A DNA stretch of 64,000 bases from a virus (lineage: Duplodnaviria > Caudoviricetes), in IMG/VR virus record IMGVR_UViG_3300020336_000246, positions 1 through 64,000 of that record, one strand, 5' to 3'. The translations under genes were made by a program, and so were the position numbers. The notes beneath the pieces are model-generated. The model had not been told where the DNA came from. It saw only the letters and a program-made list of their open reading frames with translations, and did not search any database. Below, piece after piece: positions 35,732 through 45,367 of this stretch (positions within the stretch are counted from its first letter, which is position 1; the number at the start of each line of letters is the position of its first letter).

Positions 35732-37208
35732 AAAAATTGTTATAGTAGGAGGCGGAAGTGCAGGTTGGCTTACGGCCGCTTATGCCCTATACAATTTACC
35801 CAACACACAAATCACACTAGTAGAAAGTCCTAACATACCTATAGTAGGAGTAGGTGAAGCTACTATACTTGGCTTCGACCATTACCTAACTGACTGTGGT
35901 ATACCAACCGAACTATGGACAAAGGAATGTGATGCAACTATTAAACTAGGCACATACTTTCCTAACTGGAGAGGTGATGGTAAAAACATTTGGCAACCTT
36001 TTTACTTTCCAATTGAAATGGCAAAAACGGGTAACTGGCATGATGTAATAGACTTATGCCGAGATGCTAATGTTCCTTTTGAAGATTACGAAAAGTGGAC
36101 TGCTTGGTATGACATCAGTGTTAAGGATAAAAAGATTGCAGGTAACACAACTGCCTGTGGTAGTGAAGCTCATGTAGGTTACCATTTAGATGCAGTTAAA
36201 CTGGCAAACTTCTTAAGCGAATATCTTAATAAGAAGTATCCAAGGTTAAAACATATTAAAGCACACATAGATAAGCCTGTTATAAAAGATGGAAACATTG
36301 AACACGTTGTATTAGAGAACGGTGAAATGGTTACCGGAGACTTCTTTGTTGACTGTACAGGATTTAAAAGATTACTTTCAAATGCATTAGGCAATAGTAA
36401 ATGGGTTGACAGAAGTCATATGTTGTTTACAAATGCCGCAGTGGCATCACAGATTAGTTATGAAACAGAAGATGAACCACAGGTACCTTATGTAACTGCA
36501 CAGGCTTGTGATCACGGATGGATATGGAAAACTCCTGTTAAAGATAGAATAGGTAGTGGACTTTGTTACAACAGTGATATAACAACTAAACAAGAAGCAG
36601 AAGATTATTTTGTACAACATTGGGGAGAACATAGATTAAGAACAGGTAAGTTTAATCATGTACCTTTCAAACCAGAGTACAATGCAAACAACTGGCGTGG
36701 CAACTGTTTTAGTGTAGGACTAGCAAGTGGCTTTATTGAACCACTAGAATCAACAGGACTTGCATTATTAGTAATAGGTAGTTCAGCACTACACTATATG
36801 AAAAAAGGTTATTATGAGCAGGAGGACATGGATAGATTTAACGAGGATATGAGTAACGTGTACGAAGATAGCATGGGCTTTGTTGCACTACATTATTTTA
36901 GCAATCCAAGACAAAGTAAGTTTTGGAGACACGTTGAAGATAACTTTAAAGAAACTGAAAAGATGGAAGAACTATGCACAAACTTTGCAAGAAACTTTAC
37001 TCCAAGTTTAGGTGGACAGTTTTTTCCACGTAACACAGAGATATTCCAAGATATAAATTGGAAGCTATGGTTAAACACCGTAGGTATTAAAACTGCTACT
37101 GCCAATTTAGGTGAGCAGGAGAGTAAGGAACTTTTAAATAGAATGAGAGAAGATAATAAAAAAGCTTCTTATCCAGGCTTAACAAATAGACAATGGAGTA
37201 ACAGGTGA
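35712..37208 (+). CDS. Tryptophan-halogenase-like flavoprotein
   Basis: GGGSAGW, VGVGEAT, FVDCTGF, GWIWKTP, GFIEPLESTG. Confidence 0.9.
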   Translation: MSQSTVKKIVIVGGGSAGWLTAAYALYNLPNTQITLVESPNIPIVGVGEATILGFDHYLTDCGIPTELWTKECDATIKLGTYFPNWRGDGKNIWQPFYFPIEMAKTGNWHDVIDLCRDANVPFEDYEKWTAWYDISVKDKKIAGNTTACGSEAHVGYHLDAVKLANFLSEYLNKKYPRLKHIKAHIDKPVIKDGNIEHVVLENGEMVTGDFFVDCTGFKRLLSNALGNSKWVDRSHMLFTNAAVASQISYETEDEPQVPYVTAQACDHGWIWKTPVKDRIGSGLCYNSDITTKQEAEDYFVQHWGEHRLRTGKFNHVPFKPEYNANNWRGNCFSVGLASGFIEPLESTGLALLVIGSSALHYMKKGYYEQEDMDRFNEDMSNVYEDSMGFVALHYFSNPRQSKFWRHVEDNFKETEKMEELCTNFARNFTPSLGGQFFPRNTEIFQDINWKLWLNTVGIKTATANLGEQESKELLNRMREDNKKASYPGLTNRQWSNR

Positions 37209-37906
37209 GCGAATCAATTATATGGGATACATTAATTAAAACCCAAGACGACATACTTGACATTTTTAACGAGTATGCAGAGGAAACAGAAGAAAAGACT
37301 TTGAACAAGTTTAATCAACCCGAGAATGGTTGGCTCAATAGAGTATGGGCAAACAAGCACGTTCGAAGAGCTCATATTGATGTCGTAGATGTACGTAAGG
37401 ATAAAAGCCTTTGGATGATGCACGTATGTTGTTTTCCAACACTAGACAATGGTGCACCTATATACGGCTTTGATGTTATAGCAGGTAAACGTAAGATGAC
37501 AGGTGCCTTTCATGACTTTTCAGCATCTAGTGGAGGAGAGGATCACCCACTATGCGAATGGTACCAAGATGCAGTAAAAGATTTTATTCCTACAAAACAA
37601 AGAGAACTACCACAATGGGCAAAGAATATTTTTAGTCCAGGAATGATTGCCGCTGGTAATGTTGCAACACAAGAAGAAGCAGAAGCTATTTGTAAACTAG
37701 CAGTTGATAACCTAAGAGTATGGTTCCAATCAGTACCTGAATATGCAGGCGATCAACCCACAGATTTTACTGCCGGCTGTCAGGACTTCTACTGTCATAA
37801 TCAGCAACAAAACCCACATACACCACGTGTTATGAAGTCTTTAGGACTTAACGAAGCAGACGTAGATGAATTTTGTACTAATGCTTTGTTTCCTAAACTA
37901 GCATAA
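37205..37906 (+). CDS. pcyX: Ferredoxin-dependent bilin reductase, PcyX/PcyA type
   Basis: RRAHIDV (Asp at the PcyA Glu76 position), MMHVC, GFDVI, AFHDFS, QQQNPHT. Confidence 0.8.
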   Translation: MSESIIWDTLIKTQDDILDIFNEYAEETEEKTLNKFNQPENGWLNRVWANKHVRRAHIDVVDVRKDKSLWMMHVCCFPTLDNGAPIYGFDVIAGKRKMTGAFHDFSASSGGEDHPLCEWYQDAVKDFIPTKQRELPQWAKNIFSPGMIAAGNVATQEEAEAICKLAVDNLRVWFQSVPEYAGDQPTDFTAGCQDFYCHNQQQNPHTPRVMKSLGLNEADVDEFCTNALFPKLA

Positions 37907-37917
37907 ATACTAGTGTT

Positions 37918-39300
37918 ATGCGTTTCTTTGAATTTAAAATAAATGAATCTAAGGGTATATTCGGTAGAGTGCCAGGTGATCCCTATGTACATCCAGACGG
38001 ACGCAAAGCAATATTCAAACAAGTAATAGGCTTACCTGATATGACACAAGGTGGTGGGCAGTTTGAATCTCCAGAGGCACGTGATGCCGCAATAGAAGAA
38101 TTTGAGAAAAACATCAATGGTAAAATTGAATGGACTAACAAACCAGACGCAGGTTCATTAGCATTTGGTGTTGCTGAAGTACATTCAGCAGATGGCGATC
38201 AAACAATGTACTGGGGTAGATACTTTCGTATTATGAAAGCTAATATGATGAGTGCTTGGCCTAATGCAAGTGTACCACAAGGTTGGAAATTAGCAACCAA
38301 GGGTGCCGCTAAAATGGATCAAGGATTAGAACCACAAGCATTAATCAAGACAAATAATTTATTCAAAGGTTCTGAGTCAGTAATTAGAGCAGTTGAAATG
38401 AATTCTAAACCAGAAAACAAAGAGATGTTAGTGAAAGCACTACAAGATTCAGCTAACGGACAGATGGCAGTATTTCCAGGACAAAGAGAAATAGAAACTG
38501 CAATTAGAGATTACTTCGGAGAGATTATGGGTCCTGTTGCTATGATGGGCAAAGCAGTTATGGGACAGGCAGAAGATGCCAGACAAGAACTAGGTGGTGG
38601 TGCTGAATGGAATGACATGAGCATACGTTGGCCACAAGGCATGAACGAACCACTAGTTGACAGTAAGTTCTTTGCACCAAATGGAACAGAGATAGGTATT
38701 AGTTCTAAAGGTGGAGTAGGTGCTAGTGCAAGTGTTAAAAACTTACACGATGGTATTGTAAAAGCATCTGAGTCAAGCAAACCAGAAGATAAAAAAATAT
38801 TAGAAGAAAACGAATACGTTGTTGATATTGTTACAACTATACAAAAAGAATCATCTAAAGATGGACCATTTGCATTAGGTGAGAAGTTTGGTCTTTCAAC
38901 TCCAGCACTAAGACAAGAAGTTATTGAATATCAAAAGACTGGTAAAAAAGAAATGACTGATGTAAGTGAAGAAGCCGCGAAGATGATGGAAGGTATTAAC
39001 TTCAATACAAATGTTGTTGGCTTTAATACTGGAAACGCCATTACAAGTGCATTGGCTAAGAAAGTAGCACAACACGTTAATTCAGATAAGAGATTTTCAC
39101 AAGGAGCACTTGCACTTCTTAACAATGCAAGTATTATTCAGCTATACACCAAGACTGGTGTTAAAGGTGATGATGTATCCGTTAAAGGTTACCAAGCAGT
39201 ATATCCACCAAACTTCCAAGGTACTATTGGACTAGATGGTGGTAAGAACTATTACAGTTCACGTATTGGTGGTAAGTTTGCCTTTAAGTTCCTAAAGTAA
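37918..39300 (+). CDS. Late hypothetical protein with capsid-targeting-like N-terminus, possible PD-(D/E)XK-like fold
   Basis: CATAAATA at 37902; MRFFEFKINE; PLVD-x10-ISSK. Confidence 0.55.
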   Translation: MRFFEFKINESKGIFGRVPGDPYVHPDGRKAIFKQVIGLPDMTQGGGQFESPEARDAAIEEFEKNINGKIEWTNKPDAGSLAFGVAEVHSADGDQTMYWGRYFRIMKANMMSAWPNASVPQGWKLATKGAAKMDQGLEPQALIKTNNLFKGSESVIRAVEMNSKPENKEMLVKALQDSANGQMAVFPGQREIETAIRDYFGEIMGPVAMMGKAVMGQAEDARQELGGGAEWNDMSIRWPQGMNEPLVDSKFFAPNGTEIGISSKGGVGASASVKNLHDGIVKASESSKPEDKKILEENEYVVDIVTTIQKESSKDGPFALGEKFGLSTPALRQEVIEYQKTGKKEMTDVSEEAAKMMEGINFNTNVVGFNTGNAITSALAKKVAQHVNSDKRFSQGALALLNNASIIQLYTKTGVKGDDVSVKGYQAVYPPNFQGTIGLDGGKNYYSSRIGGKFAFKFLK

Positions 39301-39637
39301 TAATCAGATAATAACCTAAGAAGTGTAGTATTTGGTCTGCGGTATTGAGCAACCAAAATTGTCTTTGATTTGACTTCCAACCAAAATATTCACGTATATT
39401 AGTCTTTAAAAAGTCGGTATGCCAGTGTAGTATGTAATCTAGTATTCCAAGCAATATACAGACCTCTATGCTTGAATAAAAGGCCATTACAAGCATGGTT
39501 AAGACCCCATGTGGTATGTAATGTTGTAGATGTGCTGGTCCACCAAAATAACGTAATTTGGTTGGGCCTATGCCAAAAGGTTGCATACCCAAATCAATTA
39601 TGGCGTGTTTAATCATTAAGAATAGGAAAATTTCCAT
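39284..39637 (-). CDS. DUF3307-like membrane protein
   Basis: KHAIIDL, LHWHTD, DQILH. Confidence 0.7.
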   Translation of the reverse strand: MEIFLFLMIKHAIIDLGMQPFGIGPTKLRYFGGPAHLQHYIPHGVLTMLVMAFYSSIEVCILLGILDYILHWHTDFLKTNIREYFGWKSNQRQFWLLNTADQILHFLGYYLIITLGT

Positions 39638-39716
39638 TTGACTTTATCGTGATCCTTTGCTATATTTATAGTATGTGATATATAAGTGTATATATCCTTT
39701 AACAAATAGGTAAGAA

Positions 39717-39905
39717 ATGATACATAAAATATCTGAACTATGTGACAAGATCGACTCTATTAAATTATGTGCCGATCAATTACGCCAGATGAAGTACGGT
39801 GCTCCCAAGTCTACTGAAATTGAAATAGACAATATGATACAGACTATTCAAGCTGACTGTCTATTAGTAGCTAACGATAAGCAGAAGTACAAGAAGAAGT
39901 CGTAA
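39717..39905 (+). CDS. Hypothetical protein
   Basis: Short ORF. Confidence 0.55.
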   Translation: MIHKISELCDKIDSIKLCADQLRQMKYGAPKSTEIEIDNMIQTIQADCLLVANDKQKYKKKS

Positions 39906-40275
39906 GTTCAATAAAATAACGTAAAAACTTAAAATGCTTTGAAAGATCGTTAAAGAGGTCTTTGTTCATTCCATATGAAATACTATTGTAAGAACTTTGT
40001 CCTATACCTATATAGTAATCCTGATCAATACCATAGTCAGGAAACACACCAGTAACAAATAAACAACTATCTCCAAGAGCCTTTGCATCTCTTGAGTTCT
40101 TTAGTTTTAGGTATGATTCTGCAAATGTACTTTCAGGTAGGAAATTAGGCTTGTCCAAATGGTCAGCAAGGAGCATGACGACATAGGACTCAATGCCTAC
40201 GGGTAACGTGTAGCCACTGCTCTCCTGCGTTTCTTTAACAACGCCGTAAAAGGCACTCTGATAAAAGTCCTTCAT
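39871..40275 (-). CDS. Hypothetical protein
   Basis: LGDSCLFVTGVFP motif; start trimmed to ATG 40275. Confidence 0.65.
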   Translation of the reverse strand: MKDFYQSAFYGVVKETQESSGYTLPVGIESYVVMLLADHLDKPNFLPESTFAESYLKLKNSRDAKALGDSCLFVTGVFPDYGIDQDYYIGIGQSSYNSISYGMNKDLFNDLSKHFKFLRYFIELTTSSCTSAYR

Positions 40276-40407
40276 ACTATTACTTATCGTTTTTGGTAAC
40301 ATAGATTTTTAAACTGTTGAAAAAGCAACATTTTAATCATACCTATAAGGTTGACATTTGGCAGTAGTTTCTGTATAATATATGTATAATCAAGCAAGGG
40401 AAATAAA

Positions 40408-40878
40408 ATGAATTTAAAAATCAAAGGCGGTTCAAAATCACAGAAAAGATATGCTAAAGATATCATAGAATTCTGTGCAGAAAAGCTAATGAGTAAGCGA
40501 CTTGCTAATAACTTGACTATCAAACTAACCTTCGTAAAGATGTACGAAAAGCATAGACAGATTGGCAACTGTATTTGGGAAGATGACCCATACAGACCAC
40601 GTGAGTTTTTAATTGAAATCGATCCTACTGTAAGACTACGTAGGGTGCTTGAAAGCATCTGTCATGAGATGGTCCATGTTAAGCAGTTCGCTAAAGGTGA
40701 AATGCGAGATTTATCCGGTGCTGAAAAAGTGAGCTGGAATGGAGAAAGATACGATCTAAGTGCAGATGAGTACTTCGACAGACCATGGGAAATAGAGGCA
40801 CACGGCCGTGAATTAGGGCTTTTTATACGTTGGGCTGAGAAAAACAAACTTGGACACCTAAAGTGGACACATGACTAA
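40408..40878 (+). CDS. HExxH metalloprotease-like protein
   Basis: ICHEMVHVKQ...PWEIEA. Confidence 0.8.
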   Translation: MNLKIKGGSKSQKRYAKDIIEFCAEKLMSKRLANNLTIKLTFVKMYEKHRQIGNCIWEDDPYRPREFLIEIDPTVRLRRVLESICHEMVHVKQFAKGEMRDLSGAEKVSWNGERYDLSADEYFDRPWEIEAHGRELGLFIRWAEKNKLGHLKWTHD

Positions 40879-40900
40879 ATACAACTAGATTACTAATTAC

Positions 40901-41461
40901 ATGAAAAAATACGAACAATATACAGCAGATGACAGGGTAGAAGCAACGTTATTTGATAACGATATACATTATCTTAACGGAGAACTTGACCACGAAAATA
41001 TAGCGAGAGCTATCAAGTGGATCATCTCAGCTAATATTCACAAGAAGCCTAAACGTAAATTAACTTTATATGTTAATACTGTGGGCGGAGATCTGTATGA
41101 AACGTTCGGACTTATTGATATAATGAAAGACAGTTATCATTCTATTGTAACGGTAGGAGTTGGAGCAGTTATGAGTGCTGGGTTCTTAATATTTGCTAGT
41201 GGTAAACATGGCGAAAGATATATTGGTAAGAACACAGGTATAATGAATCACCAACACTCAGATACAATGGAATCAAAGATGCATGATATGAAAGCACAGA
41301 TGAAAGAGAATAACAACTGTGAACTAAGATGTATGCAGATACTTAGAGATGCAACAGGATATTCATTATCCGATGTACGTAAAAAGTTCAATAATCCATC
41401 AGACCAATACTTTACAGCCAAACAATTGGTTGACCTAAAAGTAGCAGATCACATATTATAA
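40901..41461 (+). CDS. clpP: ClpP-like serine protease
   Basis: YLNGEL, YVNTVGG, VMSAG (Ser), MNHQ (His), DQYFTA (Asp). Confidence 0.85.
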   Translation: MKKYEQYTADDRVEATLFDNDIHYLNGELDHENIARAIKWIISANIHKKPKRKLTLYVNTVGGDLYETFGLIDIMKDSYHSIVTVGVGAVMSAGFLIFASGKHGERYIGKNTGIMNHQHSDTMESKMHDMKAQMKENNNCELRCMQILRDATGYSLSDVRKKFNNPSDQYFTAKQLVDLKVADHIL

Positions 41462-41525
41462 TTTCTGGTTGACAAAACCAAAATCTTGTGTTATATTATA
41501 AACACAATTAGGCATAGAGGCACAA

Positions 41526-42209
41526 ATGAAAAAACATTCTTTACTAGATATTCTTTCGGCAAGTTTTGCCGCATATAGAATCAATGGTGACTACTACAAG
41601 GAAACAAGACGTTTCGAAGAATCACCTACTCAGTTTTCAAACAAAGATAGCATAGGACAACAATTTTCTGATAAAGAATTTACGCCACCGGATTGGCAAC
41701 AGATGACTATTACTAATGCTGACATGGAAAATGCAGTTGAGTCTATTAAATGGATTAACAAAGAATTTGCTATGCAGATTATAGCAGACACTTTATCTGA
41801 TTACATGAAAAGTCTTATTACTTGTTTGAATACTAAAGAACTTTCTAAAGAAGACTTTGGCATTATTGCAGTAACACCTAAAATATACTTTGAGGGAGTT
41901 AAGAAGAAAAGTGTTAAAAAGACTCTGAAAGATAGTTATAGAGAGTCTAAACACATAAGTACTATTGGAAGTGTTTTTGAAGGTGCGTTCACTTTGCACG
42001 AAATCAAGTTTGTCGATAAGTTTACCTGTCATGTACTAAATGGCAGTCATGAAGGAAACCTAATAAGTTTCTTTAAGAGCTTTGACCAAACTAAAGAACT
42101 GCCAAAGGAGGGTACGACTTTCAAAATCAAGGCTAAAGTTAAAAGGCATGGGGAAAACTTCATTACCAAATTCCCTGAAACGATTTTAAATTACGTAAAG
42201 ATAGGTTGA
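41526..42209 (+). CDS. Early hypothetical protein with OB-fold-like C-terminus
   Basis: sigma70 promoter at 41469. Confidence 0.7.
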   Translation: MKKHSLLDILSASFAAYRINGDYYKETRRFEESPTQFSNKDSIGQQFSDKEFTPPDWQQMTITNADMENAVESIKWINKEFAMQIIADTLSDYMKSLITCLNTKELSKEDFGIIAVTPKIYFEGVKKKSVKKTLKDSYRESKHISTIGSVFEGAFTLHEIKFVDKFTCHVLNGSHEGNLISFFKSFDQTKELPKEGTTFKIKAKVKRHGENFITKFPETILNYVKIG

Positions 42210-42277
42210 CAAAACTGATGAATTATAGTAATATTAAAACAATGTCAATCTATCGTAAACTTTTTGGAGAAAAGAAA

Positions 42278-42484
42278 ATGGCACACAAATACGTTTCGAT
42301 AGAGAGAGTCCTCAACAGTGATGACTGGGGATTAATTATTAACAAAGATGGTGAACTTAAAGGTTTATATATTCCAGCAGGTAAAGATGATGACGAAGTA
42401 CCATTCGCAATACAAACAATATGCGAAAAGTTCTTTGGTGTTGACTGGGCAGACGAGGAAATTTTTGAGAACACTATACATTAA
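42278..42484 (+). CDS. Hypothetical protein
   Basis: GGAG SD before ATG 42278. Confidence 0.6.
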   Translation: MAHKYVSIERVLNSDDWGLIINKDGELKGLYIPAGKDDDEVPFAIQTICEKFFGVDWADEEIFENTIH

Positions 42485-42496
42485 CATAGGAGAAGC

Positions 42497-42691
42497 ATGG
42501 AAGTTATCGTAAGAAACAATAATGTTGAAAAAGCTCTAAGAGTTTTAAAAAGAAAGATCAAGAAAGAAGGTCTTCTAGTAGAACTTAAAGAAAGATCATA
42601 CTACCAAAAGCCAAGTGAGAAAAAACGTTTGGCTAAAAAACGTGGTATCAAACGGGCATTAAAGGCACAAAAAGATAGAAACAGAATATAA
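42497..42691 (+). CDS. rpsU: Ribosomal protein bS21 (copy 2)
   Basis: VIVRNNNVEKALRVLKRK, YYQKPSEKKR. Confidence 0.92.
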   Translation: MEVIVRNNNVEKALRVLKRKIKKEGLLVELKERSYYQKPSEKKRLAKKRGIKRALKAQKDRNRI

Positions 42692-42709
42692 CTATAGAAG
42701 GATTAGTTT

Positions 42710-43195
42710 GTGAAATTTTTTAAAGATAAAACAGATGATTTCTTTCGATGGGTCAAAGGTACAGAGCTAGTACAACTAGATGACATTGACGTATCAGAGG
42801 ATCCAGTAAGGCCTGAATTAACATTAGGCTGGCGTATCACTAAAGGTCGAGAAATATTTGGCTTGAAGTTTGAGAACGAGATAGAAGGTATTATTTGTAT
42901 TGCATATACAAATGATGTTCCTCATAGTGTAAAGGAACTTGATATGATGAGTGAACTTATACACATGAAAAAAGAAAAACCTACCATTGCTATTGCATAC
43001 ACAGTTTGGTCACGTAAACGTGGAGCAGGTAGAGAAATTATACAAAAGGTGTTAGCTCATGCAAAAGAGAAGGGTATTGAAAGAGTAATTACACTTTCGC
43101 CTCTTACTCCAATGGCAACACACTTTCACATTCGTAACGGTGCTAAACAAATAAGCATCAACGACACATCACAGAATTTTGAATATGGACTATGA
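42710..43195 (+). CDS. GNAT-like acetyltransferase
   Basis: YTVWSRKRGAGREII acetyl-CoA-binding-like motif. Confidence 0.5.
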   Translation: MKFFKDKTDDFFRWVKGTELVQLDDIDVSEDPVRPELTLGWRITKGREIFGLKFENEIEGIICIAYTNDVPHSVKELDMMSELIHMKKEKPTIAIAYTVWSRKRGAGREIIQKVLAHAKEKGIERVITLSPLTPMATHFHIRNGAKQISINDTSQNFEYGL

Positions 43196-43439
43196 GTTTG
43201 AAGATTACAGGAAGAAACCGCCTAAGCCTATGCTAGGAGATTTTCCATTATGGATCGTTCCTAATATCTTTGTAACTGACTATATGGTCAAGTTAGTTGC
43301 GTTCTTATTCTTAATACCAGCATTGTTTGGAATATCCCTAACTGTTACAGGTTTGTTTTTGAACTTCATGTTGGTTGACTTTATTTTATATTTGTCGTAT
43401 AAAAAACAAATAAACAGATTGTGGGGTAACAATGATTAA
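43185..43439 (+). CDS. Membrane protein
   Basis: Hydrophobic helices. Confidence 0.6.
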   Translation: MDYEFEDYRKKPPKPMLGDFPLWIVPNIFVTDYMVKLVAFLFLIPALFGISLTVTGLFLNFMLVDFILYLSYKKQINRLWGNND

Positions 43440-43659
43440 TCACGATAACAAGTGCAAAATAGTTTGTACTGATAACGACATGGTCAACGAAGCAGACGTT
43501 GATCGATTTGAAGAAAAGAAATTTGTTGAAGTGTTCATAGCACAGAATAGATTAAAACTTTTATGGAATGGTTCCGTTTACGTTGGAAATAAGTCAGGAT
43601 TAGAGTTTACTACTAAAGGTCCTGATATGTACAAAGTAAATGAGGGACGCGGTAGATGA
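43432..43659 (+). CDS. Hypothetical protein
   Basis: Coupled ORF. Confidence 0.65.
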   Translation: MINHDNKCKIVCTDNDMVNEADVDRFEEKKFVEVFIAQNRLKLLWNGSVYVGNKSGLEFTTKGPDMYKVNEGRGR

Positions 43660-43934
43660 GTATAGATAAAATAGCAGAATTAAAAGGCATACCTACCAAA
43701 GACACACTACTTAAAATACTATCCGAACAGACAGCCGTTGTAACTTTTAACAAACTAAACGGTGATGAACGTGTAATGACTTGTACCAAAGATACAAGAG
43801 TTATTCCGGAAGAACACCACCCGAAAACAACCAAAGAAGCTCACGAGAAAAACATAACAGTATGGGACACCAATGCCAAAGGCTGGCGTTCCTTTGTGTA
43901 TGATAGAGTTAGAAAGGTTGTTATAAATGGGTAG
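43656..43934 (+). CDS. WYL_2/SH3-like (DUF2693-type) protein
   Basis: VTFNKLNGDERVMTCT...WDTNAKGWRSF. Confidence 0.75.
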   Translation: MSIDKIAELKGIPTKDTLLKILSEQTAVVTFNKLNGDERVMTCTKDTRVIPEEHHPKTTKEAHEKNITVWDTNAKGWRSFVYDRVRKVVING

Positions 43935-44172
43935 AGTTTTTAGTCAAGATTTATATCGCAAGTATCCAAACTTAGACAAGTATGCGATAGTATATGTTGT
44001 AAGGCAAATGGTCACCGAAGGTCTTTGTAAGACTCCAGTCGAAGGATTACAGTTATTGGAGAACGAAGACGTTGATGTTGACGGTCTAATCAGAAGAATC
44101 CACAATGGTCCAGACGAACCGGTAAGTACTACTGATGAAGATGAAGAAGATCACGAAGACCAAAAAGCATAA
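43927..44172 (+). CDS. Hypothetical protein
   Basis: Coupled ORF. Confidence 0.6.
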   Translation: MGRVFSQDLYRKYPNLDKYAIVYVVRQMVTEGLCKTPVEGLQLLENEDVDVDGLIRRIHNGPDEPVSTTDEDEEDHEDQKA

Positions 44173-44329
44173 TGACTTTCCAGGTAATCTATTACAGATA
44201 AACTTTTTGGAAAGAGAAATTGAGTATGCAAAGAGTCAACTGCAAGAGCATGACACAGGACATATTCATACTGCTATAAGTTGGATGGAGCATCGGATTC
44301 AAGAACTAAAGGGGATTTATGACAGATGA
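44135..44329 (+). CDS. Hypothetical protein
   Basis: DTGHIHTAISW motif; start uncertain. Confidence 0.55.
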   Translation: MKMKKITKTKKHNDFPGNLLQINFLEREIEYAKSQLQEHDTGHIHTAISWMEHRIQELKGIYDR

Positions 44330-44513
44330 TAGATCAGAAGATGCAACATACGAAAACGAAAATAGTACGGTAACGATACCTTTGAGAGAATACGATAAGC
44401 TACGTGAACGTCAATCTTATATTACTGATAAAAGTTTAATTGGTATAATTGATAAGTTAGAAGAACTCGTTAGAGCATTGAGAAAGCATATTGTTAGAAC
44501 AGACATTGATTGA
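44319..44513 (+). CDS. Hypothetical protein
   Basis: Coupled ORF. Confidence 0.6.
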   Translation: MTDDRSEDATYENENSTVTIPLREYDKLRERQSYITDKSLIGIIDKLEELVRALRKHIVRTDID

Positions 44514-44521
44514 TCTTATAA

Positions 44522-44597
44522 GCCGCTTTAGCTCAGTTGGTAGAGCAACTGATTTGTAATCAGTAGGTCCGCGGTTCAAATCCGTGAAGCGGCACCA
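44522..44597 (+). tRNA. tRNA-Thr (TGT)
   Basis: Canonical cloverleaf with CCA. Confidence 0.97.
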
Positions 44598-44611
44598 TTT
44601 TTGAGAAGACT

Positions 44612-45367
44612 ATGGATAAAGAAACAGAATTATTTTATAACACACATAAAGAAAAAACTTTTAAACTTCCGCACCTACCTAGTGATATGAATCAGAAAGA
44701 TGGTGTTACCGTTTGTAAATGGGTAATACAACAAATGCTTTCTAACAAGATTGGTTTTCTTGAACTAGATATGAAGTGTGTTAATCAACATGACTACGTG
44801 GATCTTGCATTTAATTATAAAGCAAGACTAGAAGCAGATAGAGTTGCTACTAAGATGAAACCCTTACCATTGGGCGAAGTAGAAGGACTAACCTTATACA
44901 ATAACAAATGGTTTGAGATGCCAGGAGCAGATGTTACGGAAATAGCTGACTGGTGGTTTAACAATTCAGCAATAGACAAACTTAACAAATTAAATATGTG
45001 GAATGTGAAGCCAGGTGGCTATGTTCGACCACATAATTTTAATATAGACAAGCCAACTGATAACGTAGATACACTAGATTTGATTGGCTGGCCTTTACCA
45101 CTTATGACTTGTATTAACGAACCAGGATTGGATTGTCATACAGTAGTAGAAGACTTTGGTCTTGTACCTAATCAGTTAGGTAAGACATTCTTAATTAATC
45201 CAATTAAACTGAGATGTGTAGTAAACACAGGAGCAACAGACAGTATTCGTATGTATGCACACGGACAGATAGGTGTACAGTTCCAAAGGTTTTGTGATCT
45301 AGTTACTAGAAGCTACATTAGATCATTAGCAATACAAGACAGAGAGAAGGAGACAAGTGATGTTTAA
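44612..45367 (+). CDS. Hypothetical protein, possibly a cupin/oxygenase
   Basis: PGGYVRPH segment. Confidence 0.55.
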   Translation: MDKETELFYNTHKEKTFKLPHLPSDMNQKDGVTVCKWVIQQMLSNKIGFLELDMKCVNQHDYVDLAFNYKARLEADRVATKMKPLPLGEVEGLTLYNNKWFEMPGADVTEIADWWFNNSAIDKLNKLNMWNVKPGGYVRPHNFNIDKPTDNVDTLDLIGWPLPLMTCINEPGLDCHTVVEDFGLVPNQLGKTFLINPIKLRCVVNTGATDSIRMYAHGQIGVQFQRFCDLVTRSYIRSLAIQDREKETSDV

